The translations under genes were made by a program, and so were the position numbers. 60,541 nt of DNA from a virus. Lineage: Duplodnaviria; Caudoviricetes. Below the pieces are notes generated by a model. It was given only the letters and a program-made list of their open reading frames with translations, ran no database searches and was not told the origin of the DNA. The stretch is taken from IMG/VR virus record IMGVR_UViG_3300042922_000817, positions 1 to 60,541 of that record. One strand, 5' to 3'. Every line of letters begins with the position of its first letter. The first letter of the stretch is position 1. This document shows positions 7,326 through 17,845 of the stretch, one piece after another.

Positions 7326-10300
7326 CTATTCAGCAAATTCAATAGTATCTTTTAATGCGCTTTTTTGTTTCTTGTCCATTGAATCAATAGCACGTTCTTT
7401 ATTGTTCAAACTTTTACGGCGACGTTCATTTTCGATACGCTTCGGCGTGATTTTTAGCTCTTGTAGCCGTTTCCTATTTTCTGCTGTCGGATTCTTTATG
7501 AACGTATCAATTGCATCCTGTTCATCATTTTTGCGTTCATTACGTTCATTGTACATAGCATCTTTTAAATCTGTAGTAATGGCTTCATCTGTTGTTCTAA
7601 AGCCCATTGCATGTAAAATCCTTTCATAAGCAGAATCATAGGTTGTACCAACGCGGTGACGAGTAGTTCTTGTTTCACCAACAGCGGCTTGTAGCATATT
7701 ACCGAGTGCCGGGGAAAATGCTTTGATTGTTTCAATTGGATTGCCATTTGTGGCCTGTTTTAACATGCCGCTTACGGTGCTTCCTGCCGGTCCCATAAGT
7801 TGCATATCTGAAAAGAAGTTTGACATACCAGCACGATTTGAAATATCAATACCTACATTGCTCAAAATACCATACATAGCAGTATTCGCTATAGCTTGTT
7901 TCGTTGCATCTTTGCCGGCCCATTCCATTAAGATTTTTTTCGATGCTTCTTTTGGTTTCATACCCGTACATAGAGTGATAAGCTCATCGAATAAATCCAT
8001 AAAAGGAAATTGCCCCAATCCTGCAATCAATAAAAACGGTAGCCAGAACTTTGCGTTTTGTTTCCAATCTCCTTGTTTTGCAAGATTCATAATAAATTCC
8101 ATTTGCTTAATCGGATACTTTTGAAATTGGAATAGATTTTGCGTTATTACAGATCCGCGTCGAATCATGTTAGGCGCATCTTGTACTCCATAACTAAAGT
8201 TTGCATCACGATCCACTTCCTTGGCATACTCTAATGCCTTATAAGAAATTTTGTCACCAGGTGCCACCTTATACCCTTTAGCTTCAACACCTTGATAATA
8301 TGCACCTAATACAGCAGTTTTTCGCATAAGCGCATCTGCTTTCGCAAACAGGAACATTCCTTTATCCATAGTCCAATTCAACTTATCTGTTGTGAACTGT
8401 GCCGCACTTTTAATACCTTTCATTTTACCTGATGATTTTACGGAACTTCTACGTTGCGAATAACCACCGGCATCGGCTGAAATATTGATATCGTTAAGAG
8501 CACCACTTTCATCAATGATAAATTGATCTATTGGGCTTGGATTTAGCGCTTTTTTCAATCCTTTCATGGCATATTCATAGCTATTTGTTTTACCAACAAT
8601 GTTAAAAAACTGCATAAAGTTCATGAGCGCAGACGATGTATTAAAAAAACCAAGTTTTGCTTTAGCCATTGTTCCAGAAATACCAGAAGAGATCTGCAGT
8701 GCTGGTCGATCGCCGAAGTGGTCACCCAATACGGTTTGGAAAAATACGTTGCCTTTCAATGCATCATTTAAGGCGTTTTCAACTGATGTTGGATTGCCGT
8801 TAATATCGTTGATATAATTTTTGATATAGTTTGCGGTTTGATCTTTAGAATAGTCATCATCAAATCGGCCAAAGAATCTTTCGAACTGGCTTATTGCATC
8901 CGGTTTAAATTCTTCCATAGCAACATAACGGCTAGATGAATTGAAATAGTGATTGAGTACCCAGAATAAATCCTTCTCAAATCCCGCAGTACCTTTTCTA
9001 TGCAGCATGTTACCAAAGAATCTATGCCGTGCTTTTAATCCTGCACCAGATTCATGAAGGAATTCGCGAGCTTCTTTGAGTGTCATGTCCGTATTATCTG
9101 CAACCTGTTTTGTCATTTGAGCAAATTCATTATCACCTAGAACGGCTGCAATTTCTTTTTGCCCATCAAAGTTAAATTCTTTAGATCGAATCACATATTC
9201 CTTATCCGCATTTTGGGGTAGCCCTGCAATATCATTAGCTTTGTGAATTGCTTCCGATAATTTTTTGCCACTTCCAACAACCTGATAAGAATATCCTGAT
9301 TTGTTCGTAATATCTTTAACTTTTTCCATAATCATATATTCATGGAAAAAATGAGACAGATAACCTTCTCGATTTACCATAGGAGCAATTCTTTCAAAAT
9401 AATCTACTTTATATAAACCGTTTGGCTGCAGCATGGCTTTAGTTACTTGTATGTTTTCATCTTGCTTGAAACGTTCTAAGGTTTCTTGGTCAATAATCTC
9501 ATCTTGTTTACTCCACGTTTTAGGAGACTTATAGCTCACAAGATGTTTTTCATCATCTTGCTTAATTGTTTTAAGAACATCAACGAACTTATTTTGACGC
9601 AAATTTTCTAAATCAACATCGGACATAACTTTATTTCTAATCTTAACCTGTTGCCGAGTATCATTAATGAGATTGTATGCCTCTTTAAGTTTATTACGAA
9701 TCAGGTTATAGGCATGGATAGCATTATCACTAAGCCCCATTTCTTTTAAGTCTTTGACACTATATTCTTTTTGTTCAGCATCACCTTGCCATAGAGCCGC
9801 AGTACATTGTTCTAGGTCTTGATCTTTTTTGAGAAAAAATTGAACTTTCTTCATATCCTTTGCAAAAGAGTTACGCAACTTTTCTTGCAAGGCCATAGCT
9901 TTATCTGCTAGACGGAAGAAAATAGCAAAAACACGATGAGCTTTTGCTATTTCGGATGGAGAACGCCAAAGTTTATCGGACAAGCTCAACTTATCCCCCT
10001 TAGGCAAAGTATCTACGGTAACGTTACTTGCGGTTTTGATTTTCATGCCAGTTGCTTCTGCTAACTTTTTAACTGCACGTGAGGCAAGGTCTTTAACCAA
10101 TGTACTATCTTTAGACATAGAAAAAGCACCCTTTTCAGAGCGCGTTTCCTTTATTTCATGAAATTCTTCAAAGTTTTTTGAATAAGCAATTGCAGTATTA
10201 TCGACATTAAATCCAGCATTTTCATCTATGATTTTCCCCGTAGCTATTGACTCTAAAAGACCGTTGTTCTTTCTAAATATGCGTTTTCCTTCGGCATCAC

Positions 10301-13300
10301 GCATATCTGCAGCTATTTGATAGAACTTTGATTCCATTAAGTTACCTTGCGTTCTATTTAGTCCGATTGGTTCTAAATAAAGTCTTTTGAACTTCTGTAA
10401 AACATTATTGATAAACTCAATGAATCTTTCATACAGCGAAGGATCTTTCTTAGACAGCATTTTAGATAAACCAAGACGGCCTGCAACATCGGTCATTTTA
10501 TCAGCCATCATTTCCTCTATAATATCGTCATCAGACATTACATATTCGCCCTGTTCGTCAGTCATTTCACCCATTGCAATTTCTTTTCTGTATTCATCAA
10601 TTTGTGCTTGATTTATAAGGGAATGTTTCTGGATTGAATCTTTCAGATCATTGAATAAACGATTATTATTCCTTGTCATCCAATGAAAAGTTTCATGCCA
10701 AAAAGTCCATTGGGGAGTTAAATTACCATTTCGATTGAGATATGTTGTACCTCCTGCATGAAAACCACGTAGCCCGGATGGACCATCAAAAAAACGTACC
10801 TGGCAATTAAGTGTTTTGCCAAGATTGTTAATTCGATTTTCTTTATCGGTAAGCTTTTCAGTCGGAATGAACTTAATTTTAGCACCACTTTTATCTTGAA
10901 TCACTTGAATAATATCCGAATCTAAAATAGAATCATCGGCAGAAAACTTTATAGTCTTATCGCCACTGATAAACTTATCTGCCATATCGACAAAACGATC
11001 ACGAGAATCTTTACTGCTAAATAAAAAGCTTTTAGCAAAGCGGCTCCAATAACCATCATTTCGCTTAGCTAAAGAAGCAACCTTACGATAGTCATCTTTA
11101 TCTAAAGTTATGCTTGATGCTGCCGTATACTGCGTTTCTTTTGATTGGGTATTGATGTGTTCACCAATTGCAAAGTTACTTTCTGTTTGCGTAGTAGACG
11201 TGTTATCAGGTTTAGTTACGGATTCAGATAGTTGTTCTTTTTCGTTCACAGCCGGCGTAGTAACTTCAATACGGTCCGGCATATTCATATTTTTGATTCT
11301 ATCAAAGAATTCTTCGACATTTTTTGCATTTGAAATATCAGTTGCGCTTGAATGTACACGTTTGCGAAGTGACTCATTTTCAATTTTATCAATCACAAGA
11401 ATTTTAGTTCCAACCTTTGTTCCGGCTCTTTCAAATACAACACCTGGCAACTTGATTTCTTTTACAAGAATAGCGTCTTTTGCACCATCACGTTCCTCTT
11501 TTTCCTTTGCCTTTTCATCACCATAAAACCATTTATTAAAATGCTTCTGACAACTAGGTCCATCTGGAACAATTGCCACTATACGGCCACCATCACGCAA
11601 CTGCTTGTATGCTTTCGCTACATGTTCAATCGCTGTTTTTCCTCCACTTCCAAACGGTGGATTCATGACAATTGAATCAAATTTATTCCCGACATAGTAA
11701 TCTTCAAAGGTACTTGAAACCAGCTTTCCGTTACTGGACATTTGAGCTGATGTGGCAAGCTCCTTACTTGGTTCAATCATGACGTTTTCTGTGTTTGAAG
11801 GAAACCATCTTGAAATAGCACCATGGCCAGCTGATGGCTCTAAGACCTTTTCGCCTTGTTTGATATTGGCCCATTCAACCATCTTATAGCCGAGCGGTTC
11901 CGGTGTAGCAAAGTAATCATTACCCTCGGCAGATTTTGTTTTAGCATTCTTTTTGCCACGTCCATAATAGAAAGTCTTTGCACGATCGAACTCTGTTAAA
12001 GCTTCTCGTGTTGCTCTATCTTTTGCTTTCCCACCAATACCTTCGCCTTCGCTTCCTGGGAGGTTATCTTTCCATGTATCTGTTCCAAGTGTATCTTCAA
12101 AAGCACTAACAAATGCATCTTTCAAATTTCTTGCTTCGTTTCCTAATGCAAGATTCTCGGCCGTACTTGCACGTTCTGCGATCTTACTCGCAAAGGCCAT
12201 TCGTTCTGTATTCGTACCAGTATTGAGATAACGAAATATAGCATTTGATTTTTGTCCAACTCGATAGATACGACCTTCAATTTGAATTGCAGCTACTGGC
12301 TTCACTGGCATTCCTAAGTTAAGTAAAACACGTTGATGTTTTCCTGTTGTATCATGAAGACTTATACCGGCTTGCCCAGCATCAGATTGCACTAGGATAA
12401 TATCTTTTTTACTAGCGTCATCGTTGAAAAGCTGCACATTCTTTTCACGATCTTTCTTACTAATATCGCCATTAAATAAAAGAACATCCTCACCAAATGC
12501 TGATTTTAAAGTACTGATTGGGGATTGCAAATCACCTAAATCCAAATTAATTAAATCCGCCCGTTTTGATGCGAATTCATTATATTTTGCCTGTAATTCC
12601 TGTGGAACATTACTACGTTGGAATGGATGAATTGATCCGCCCTTTTTAAAATCATGAAATACTACAACCTTCTTACCGCTATCTCTATATTGCTTTATTA
12701 AATCAACAGCACCACGAGCCTTGATTGCCTCAAGTAAATACATTCGTTGATGATGCTTAAAACTGTTTTGCATATAATCATACAAATCTCTAAAGTCACC
12801 ATTTTTACTATCAGATAGCCATTCAAACCCTTCATCAACCTTATTACCTATACCGCCGTCAACCAGAATAAAGCCTCTATCGTAGTCTTTATCTACTGTC
12901 AACATACGTCCTGACAATGCACCATCATTTCTTAATTTCTCATGAAATTGACTTTCCATAACACTACTATCAACATTACCTTCCGGCCTTGTAAGCTTGT
13001 TATAACGCATACGATATCCGAAGTTTTCCAGCATAAATTGTTCTTGCCCGTTTGGTTCATTATATCGAGCACTATCTTTTTTAGCATAATCAAATAAATA
13101 ACCTTCGGCATAATCAATATTGGGAACATAAGCAAATGGCGTAGCTGAAAGGAATGTTACCTTCGGTTTCTTATCATCAGGAATATTCGACCACTGCTCA
13201 ATTGTCGCGTCTTGCTTTTTGTGAAGCTTATTCCATAGAGCTTTACTCTTTTTTTGCAACATAGAAAGTTTTGATTCTAAAGCTTTCTTATTGGTACTAC

Positions 13301-16300
13301 TCTTTAAGGCTTCATTTATAGCTTTGATATCTTTTTCAATATGATCTATTACAGCATATGCCTTTTCATTCAGACGATTAAATCGGTCGAATAAGCCTCG
13401 TTCATGATATGTAATAGCTCTTAAATTATCTAAGGCATTCGTTGGTGCGCTTTTTTCACTGCTCATAAGGCTTTGTGATTCATCTGCTACAACCAAGTCC
13501 CAATCACGATTAACAAGTTGATTGTTATCACCCATGTTTGCATATGTAGTGACAACAATTCCAGATCCTTTGTCCTTCGTATCTTCTAATTTACTGACAT
13601 CTAAATCAAAGTATTTTTTAGCTGCTTTTTGCCAATCAGTATTGATTTTATCACTTGGTGAAAGGATTAGAATATTATTTTTACCCTGCATTGCAAAACG
13701 TTTTATTACGCCAAGACCAGTAAATGTTTTTCCTGTACCGGTCCCATTTGTAAATAACACACCATTTTTTTCATTATTCAACAATCGATTTTCTGCAAAT
13801 ACTATATCTTCTTGTTGTTCAGGCAATAACATAGGCAGGGTATCACGAACATTATTCGTATCCCCTGCCTTGAAGTTTTCTTTATTCCCTTTTACGGCTG
13901 CGCGCTTAACGGTTGCATTGTCTGATCTGTTTTTAGAAGGTTTAAGATTTCCTCTGTTTCCTTTTGGGTCAGAAACGGGTTCTCCTTCATAGCTATCTCT
14001 AACGCTTCCTGATAATTCAGTACTTCCGGTGCTACGTTTCGAATTGCTGGATTCTTCTGTGCGTACTCGGCTATTGCTAACCGTTCCGCTAGAAGTGGTG
14101 CTATCTCCGTGAATGTGCATGCTACCTCGTGACTGTGTCCCTGTTTCATCAGGCGATTGTATTCCTTGTCGTCCGCTTCCACTGGATTCGGTTCCTGAAA
14201 CATCCTCCCCCACTGAGTTTTGATGCTCCCCTTGCCCAGTTCGTGGAGCCAATCTATCGGTGCTGCTAGAAGTGACATTTTGTATTTCCTCCTTTGTTGG
14301 GTATTTGATAACACCTGCATAGGCACTATCTACAAGATTGGCATATTCTTTACCAATCGTTTTTTCTAATTGTGTTTTCAATTCAGCTTTATCTGTAACA
14401 CCTTTATCGTATTGCGTACCAACATATCGCATTACGGCAGACATTTGATTTTCGTTGAATTTGAGATCCTTCGGGTAAGCATTAATAGCATCCCAAGTAC
14501 TTTGCAAGAAAGGTTTGGTTTGATCAGCTGTATCAATCATAGCCTTTGACCAATCCGCAAAGTTATTTAAGCCGCGTTGCAAGTGAATCATGCCTATTTT
14601 GAATGCTGCAGTCATAAGTTTCGGATTAAACATTGGATTTGCCGATATATTACTCATTTCAGTAGAAAACTCTTTCAATGCCTCATTTAATGCATCTTCA
14701 CTATCATCAATTACATGAAATGTTTTCGATTTTTCCGAAACGGGTTTTTCTAAACCAAAGGTACTTAACATATCATTGAGCGCATCTTCTTCACTGCCAA
14801 AGCGTTCTGCAGTTGATGATTGTTTTGGTAGCTGCTTTTCAGTTTCTTCACTCAAAGGTTTTTCTGCCGTTTCTTTTTGAATCGAATCTACTTGCTCTTT
14901 ATTTTGATTATCATTGATTGTGTTTACTTTATCTGTTGGAATATTACTTGATTGTACCGCTGAATTTGTAAAACTAGAAGTATTTACCCCTGCTTTTTCT
15001 AAACGCTTTCGCATATTGTCTATTGCGATTGGGCGATTTTGTTTTAGACCTGCCTTTAAAGTGCTGTTGACACGAAGTCCATTTTCTTGAGCAACTTTAA
15101 GAAGAGTTTGTCCTATATTTTCCGAGTTCACTTTTTCTTGAGATATATTCGGCATAATTACATTTGGAGCTTGCACTCCTGCAGTAGTATTTAACTCTTG
15201 CTGTGTATCAGTAGGCATGATCTGTGAATTTAAAGATTTAGTTTCCTGTGAATCCTCTTGGTTTGCATCATCGACTTTTCTTGCATTGATATCACCGAGG
15301 ACATTCGCAAGATTTGATAATGCTTCTTTCTTCTTCGGATCTACAAAGTTTTCCTGCTGTGTAGGTGTGAATCTTTCTATTGGTTTACTATTCTGACTAG
15401 ATGGATTTGTATTTATAGGCAAGTTACCTGAAGGAATCAAAGAACGAACCGCTGGTCTGTTTGAGAAGTAACTTGGCGCCGTCATACGAACCATACCATT
15501 ATCCAGCGGTTTCGCGGTGAACCCCTTTGATATAGAATCGTTTTTAAAATCGTTTACTTTGCTTTTAGGTAAATCAATGTATCCTTTAGCAGCAATACTA
15601 GCAATAGCGGTATTCCGGCTTACGGCAGTATTTTGTTTAGTTATCTTTGGAGCTTTTATTTCATTTTTCACACCACCATATTTTTCGGGGAAAAGAATAC
15701 TTGCCGTTTCTTCCGGCAATAATTTTGCAATTGATTCAATGTCGTGGTTATCAGTTGCTTTTGATAACTCATCAGTAAAGGCAATATCTGTGTTTGCATC
15801 TAAACCAGTAGGCATATTTGCTACATCTTCTGCCATTTGCAAAATCATAGAACTATTTTCTGGTGTAATTTGATTGGAACTTAAAGCATCTTGTAATTGT
15901 TGATCACGTTGCTTGATCTGCTCGTCTGTGAGTTTTGGACTAGATACGGCTGAACTATCTTTTTGAGAAGCCCCACCAGCTAGTGCCTCGCCATGATCAG
16001 AAAAATGAATATGTCCGCCAGTAGCATTTGCCGACGGATCGCTATATTCATCAAGTGCAGCCAATCCATATTTTTGTCCCTGCTCAATAAGCCACGCACG
16101 CGCCTCTGGATCATTAGCCAAAGTATCGTTTGCAATATCTACAGCTTGACCACTGTCGTGCCACGACGAACCATCACCATCACGTTTCATAGAAGTAATA
16201 TCCAACGTCTTCCCAAACTGATTATAATAGTCACGAGCTAATAAGTTGAGTTTTGTTTCCGTTAAGTCTGTCAGTCCTGTATTGGATACTTCACCAGTAA

Positions 16301-17831
16301 CATTATAAAACTTCTGAGTTGGAATATCGATACCGCCTTGTGAAGCATCTGCTGGCATATTTCCAAGAACTTTATTTAAATAAGTTGCTCCACCTTCAGT
16401 TATGCCTTTTTCCTGTATTGTGCCAGGGCCTTGATTATAAGCTGCAATGGCTTTATCAGCATCACCGTTAAAAGTATCAAGCAATTGGCGTAGATATCGT
16501 GTACCACCATCAATATTTTGTACAGGATCATACGAATTTGTAACTCCAAGGCTTTGTGCCGTAGCTGGCATAAGTTGCATAAGACCTTGTGCTCCAACTT
16601 CACTTGTAGCATTTTGATCATAAGTGGATTCAGTTCGAATAACAGCATGAATCAAATTAGGATCCACACCATATTTACCTGCAGCGTTATTTATCATCGA
16701 ATCAATATCACTGTTTCCTGATGACACACTTGATTGCGGTGCTTGCGTTTGTGCCTGTACCGCAGGTGCTTCTGTTCCAAGAGATTCATTTTCTTGCAAA
16801 GGCAGTGTAGGGTTAGACTTTCTATCGGCAAGCCATGTTGCTGTACGACCAGCTCCATGCATAACGCCCCCCATCATTGCCCCAACCAGAGCGGACTCCT
16901 TAACATCATCATCAGTTACACTCCACGGCTTATTAGCTGCATGTTTTTGAATGATTTGTTGTGTTCCTTCTTCCGCACCTTCGCTTGCCATTGTAGTAAT
17001 CATTCGGGCAAGGATATTAGCTGCTTTGCTTTTTGGGAAGATATGGCTTCCTTTTGTGAATGTAGCCATTGTTTCTGCTGAATTTGTTCCCGCAAGAAGT
17101 CCCATATTCATGTTAAAAACTTTATTACCTACATTCACAGCTTCTTGCTCCGTTTGTCCTTCTATGTAAGTGCCATTTTGCTTTGCTTCATTTACATAAT
17201 CATCCATAGCATTTTGTTTTTCCATAGCAGCTTCAGGAATAGCAGAAGCAACACCACCAGCAACGCCGGGAATAATCGTTTTACCTAAAGCTGGCGCTAC
17301 TCTACTTGTTATTTTTCCTATTGCAGAAGCTGCTCTTGGCGCATTACTAAATGCTTCTTGAAGTAATCCACCGCCCTTTAATAAGCCATTTTCAATAGAT
17401 TGCCCTGCTGATTGTATATTGCCGCTTCGAGCAGTAGCAGCAGCTCCGGCCGCTAAGGTTGCCATTGCAGGAAGTGATTGCACCATAGCAGATACATATC
17501 TTTTAGCCGTCCCAGGTGAATAGGTATGGGTATTACTATCTTCTAATTCTTTACCCCAATCTGCTGCAGCTTTACCAAAACTTTCATTAAGTCCAAAAAA
17601 ATTTTCTATTCCGTGAGCTTCATTCATGTTTTCTTGCCATGTAACAGGATCAATATATGATGGACGGCCTGCTTCAACAGCCATGTCCCTTACGGTATGG
17701 ATTGTGTTTCCGATTCCGTTTTTTAAGGCATCACTAAGAACACCACCCCATCCTTGACCGTCATCATTAGCAAGTGGTGAATTTGTATTAAACAGTTTGG
17801 GATTGTTTTCGAATATATTTGAATATGCCAT
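7326..17831 (-). CDS. 3501-aa polyvalent (DarB-like) virion/ejection protein: SLT transglycosylase, M15-like Zn peptidase, SF2 helicase, N6-adenine MTase, HExxH zincin-like and long C-terminal helical region
   Basis: Motifs IRTES/GLMQL/AAYNQG; SWHDSGQAVD...HIH; GTGTGKT/DESQ/SATP/QIEGRIYR; FATP/LEPSAGHG/NPPF; HETFH. It is the last gene of the ejection module. Confidence 0.88.
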   Translation of the reverse strand: MAYSNIFENNPKLFNTNSPLANDDGQGWGGVLSDALKNGIGNTIHTVRDMAVEAGRPSYIDPVTWQENMNEAHGIENFFGLNESFGKAAADWGKELEDSNTHTYSPGTAKRYVSAMVQSLPAMATLAAGAAATARSGNIQSAGQSIENGLLKGGGLLQEAFSNAPRAASAIGKITSRVAPALGKTIIPGVAGGVASAIPEAAMEKQNAMDDYVNEAKQNGTYIEGQTEQEAVNVGNKVFNMNMGLLAGTNSAETMATFTKGSHIFPKSKAANILARMITTMASEGAEEGTQQIIQKHAANKPWSVTDDDVKESALVGAMMGGVMHGAGRTATWLADRKSNPTLPLQENESLGTEAPAVQAQTQAPQSSVSSGNSDIDSMINNAAGKYGVDPNLIHAVIRTESTYDQNATSEVGAQGLMQLMPATAQSLGVTNSYDPVQNIDGGTRYLRQLLDTFNGDADKAIAAYNQGPGTIQEKGITEGGATYLNKVLGNMPADASQGGIDIPTQKFYNVTGEVSNTGLTDLTETKLNLLARDYYNQFGKTLDITSMKRDGDGSSWHDSGQAVDIANDTLANDPEARAWLIEQGQKYGLAALDEYSDPSANATGGHIHFSDHGEALAGGASQKDSSAVSSPKLTDEQIKQRDQQLQDALSSNQITPENSSMILQMAEDVANMPTGLDANTDIAFTDELSKATDNHDIESIAKLLPEETASILFPEKYGGVKNEIKAPKITKQNTAVSRNTAIASIAAKGYIDLPKSKVNDFKNDSISKGFTAKPLDNGMVRMTAPSYFSNRPAVRSLIPSGNLPINTNPSSQNSKPIERFTPTQQENFVDPKKKEALSNLANVLGDINARKVDDANQEDSQETKSLNSQIMPTDTQQELNTTAGVQAPNVIMPNISQEKVNSENIGQTLLKVAQENGLRVNSTLKAGLKQNRPIAIDNMRKRLEKAGVNTSSFTNSAVQSSNIPTDKVNTINDNQNKEQVDSIQKETAEKPLSEETEKQLPKQSSTAERFGSEEDALNDMLSTFGLEKPVSEKSKTFHVIDDSEDALNEALKEFSTEMSNISANPMFNPKLMTAAFKIGMIHLQRGLNNFADWSKAMIDTADQTKPFLQSTWDAINAYPKDLKFNENQMSAVMRYVGTQYDKGVTDKAELKTQLEKTIGKEYANLVDSAYAGVIKYPTKEEIQNVTSSSTDRLAPRTGQGEHQNSVGEDVSGTESSGSGRQGIQSPDETGTQSRGSMHIHGDSTTSSGTVSNSRVRTEESSNSKRSTGSTELSGSVRDSYEGEPVSDPKGNRGNLKPSKNRSDNATVKRAAVKGNKENFKAGDTNNVRDTLPMLLPEQQEDIVFAENRLLNNEKNGVLFTNGTGTGKTFTGLGVIKRFAMQGKNNILILSPSDKINTDWQKAAKKYFDLDVSKLEDTKDKGSGIVVTTYANMGDNNQLVNRDWDLVVADESQSLMSSEKSAPTNALDNLRAITYHERGLFDRFNRLNEKAYAVIDHIEKDIKAINEALKSSTNKKALESKLSMLQKKSKALWNKLHKKQDATIEQWSNIPDDKKPKVTFLSATPFAYVPNIDYAEGYLFDYAKKDSARYNEPNGQEQFMLENFGYRMRYNKLTRPEGNVDSSVMESQFHEKLRNDGALSGRMLTVDKDYDRGFILVDGGIGNKVDEGFEWLSDSKNGDFRDLYDYMQNSFKHHQRMYLLEAIKARGAVDLIKQYRDSGKKVVVFHDFKKGGSIHPFQRSNVPQELQAKYNEFASKRADLINLDLGDLQSPISTLKSAFGEDVLLFNGDISKKDREKNVQLFNDDASKKDIILVQSDAGQAGISLHDTTGKHQRVLLNLGMPVKPVAAIQIEGRIYRVGQKSNAIFRYLNTGTNTERMAFASKIAERASTAENLALGNEARNLKDAFVSAFEDTLGTDTWKDNLPGSEGEGIGGKAKDRATREALTEFDRAKTFYYGRGKKNAKTKSAEGNDYFATPEPLGYKMVEWANIKQGEKVLEPSAGHGAISRWFPSNTENVMIEPSKELATSAQMSSNGKLVSSTFEDYYVGNKFDSIVMNPPFGSGGKTAIEHVAKAYKQLRDGGRIVAIVPDGPSCQKHFNKWFYGDEKAKEKEERDGAKDAILVKEIKLPGVVFERAGTKVGTKILVIDKIENESLRKRVHSSATDISNAKNVEEFFDRIKNMNMPDRIEVTTPAVNEKEQLSESVTKPDNTSTTQTESNFAIGEHINTQSKETQYTAASSITLDKDDYRKVASLAKRNDGYWSRFAKSFLFSSKDSRDRFVDMADKFISGDKTIKFSADDSILDSDIIQVIQDKSGAKIKFIPTEKLTDKENRINNLGKTLNCQVRFFDGPSGLRGFHAGGTTYLNRNGNLTPQWTFWHETFHWMTRNNNRLFNDLKDSIQKHSLINQAQIDEYRKEIAMGEMTDEQGEYVMSDDDIIEEMMADKMTDVAGRLGLSKMLSKKDPSLYERFIEFINNVLQKFKRLYLEPIGLNRTQGNLMESKFYQIAADMRDAEGKRIFRKNNGLLESIATGKIIDENAGFNVDNTAIAYSKNFEEFHEIKETRSEKGAFSMSKDSTLVKDLASRAVKKLAEATGMKIKTASNVTVDTLPKGDKLSLSDKLWRSPSEIAKAHRVFAIFFRLADKAMALQEKLRNSFAKDMKKVQFFLKKDQDLEQCTAALWQGDAEQKEYSVKDLKEMGLSDNAIHAYNLIRNKLKEAYNLINDTRQQVKIRNKVMSDVDLENLRQNKFVDVLKTIKQDDEKHLVSYKSPKTWSKQDEIIDQETLERFKQDENIQVTKAMLQPNGLYKVDYFERIAPMVNREGYLSHFFHEYMIMEKVKDITNKSGYSYQVVGSGKKLSEAIHKANDIAGLPQNADKEYVIRSKEFNFDGQKEIAAVLGDNEFAQMTKQVADNTDMTLKEAREFLHESGAGLKARHRFFGNMLHRKGTAGFEKDLFWVLNHYFNSSSRYVAMEEFKPDAISQFERFFGRFDDDYSKDQTANYIKNYINDINGNPTSVENALNDALKGNVFFQTVLGDHFGDRPALQISSGISGTMAKAKLGFFNTSSALMNFMQFFNIVGKTNSYEYAMKGLKKALNPSPIDQFIIDESGALNDINISADAGGYSQRRSSVKSSGKMKGIKSAAQFTTDKLNWTMDKGMFLFAKADALMRKTAVLGAYYQGVEAKGYKVAPGDKISYKALEYAKEVDRDANFSYGVQDAPNMIRRGSVITQNLFQFQKYPIKQMEFIMNLAKQGDWKQNAKFWLPFLLIAGLGQFPFMDLFDELITLCTGMKPKEASKKILMEWAGKDATKQAIANTAMYGILSNVGIDISNRAGMSNFFSDMQLMGPAGSTVSGMLKQATNGNPIETIKAFSPALGNMLQAAVGETRTTRHRVGTTYDSAYERILHAMGFRTTDEAITTDLKDAMYNERNERKNDEQDAIDTFIKNPTAENRKRLQELKITPKRIENERRRKSLNNKERAIDSMDKKQKSALKDTIEFAE

Positions 17832-17845
17832 ATCTTATTCCCCCA

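Noticed and set aside
7372-17169. Many 60-156 aa ORFs antisense to or nested in the giant gene (and similar ones across other long genes)
   Set aside because: They are shadow frames of strongly supported genes, with no recognisable motifs or evident RBS.
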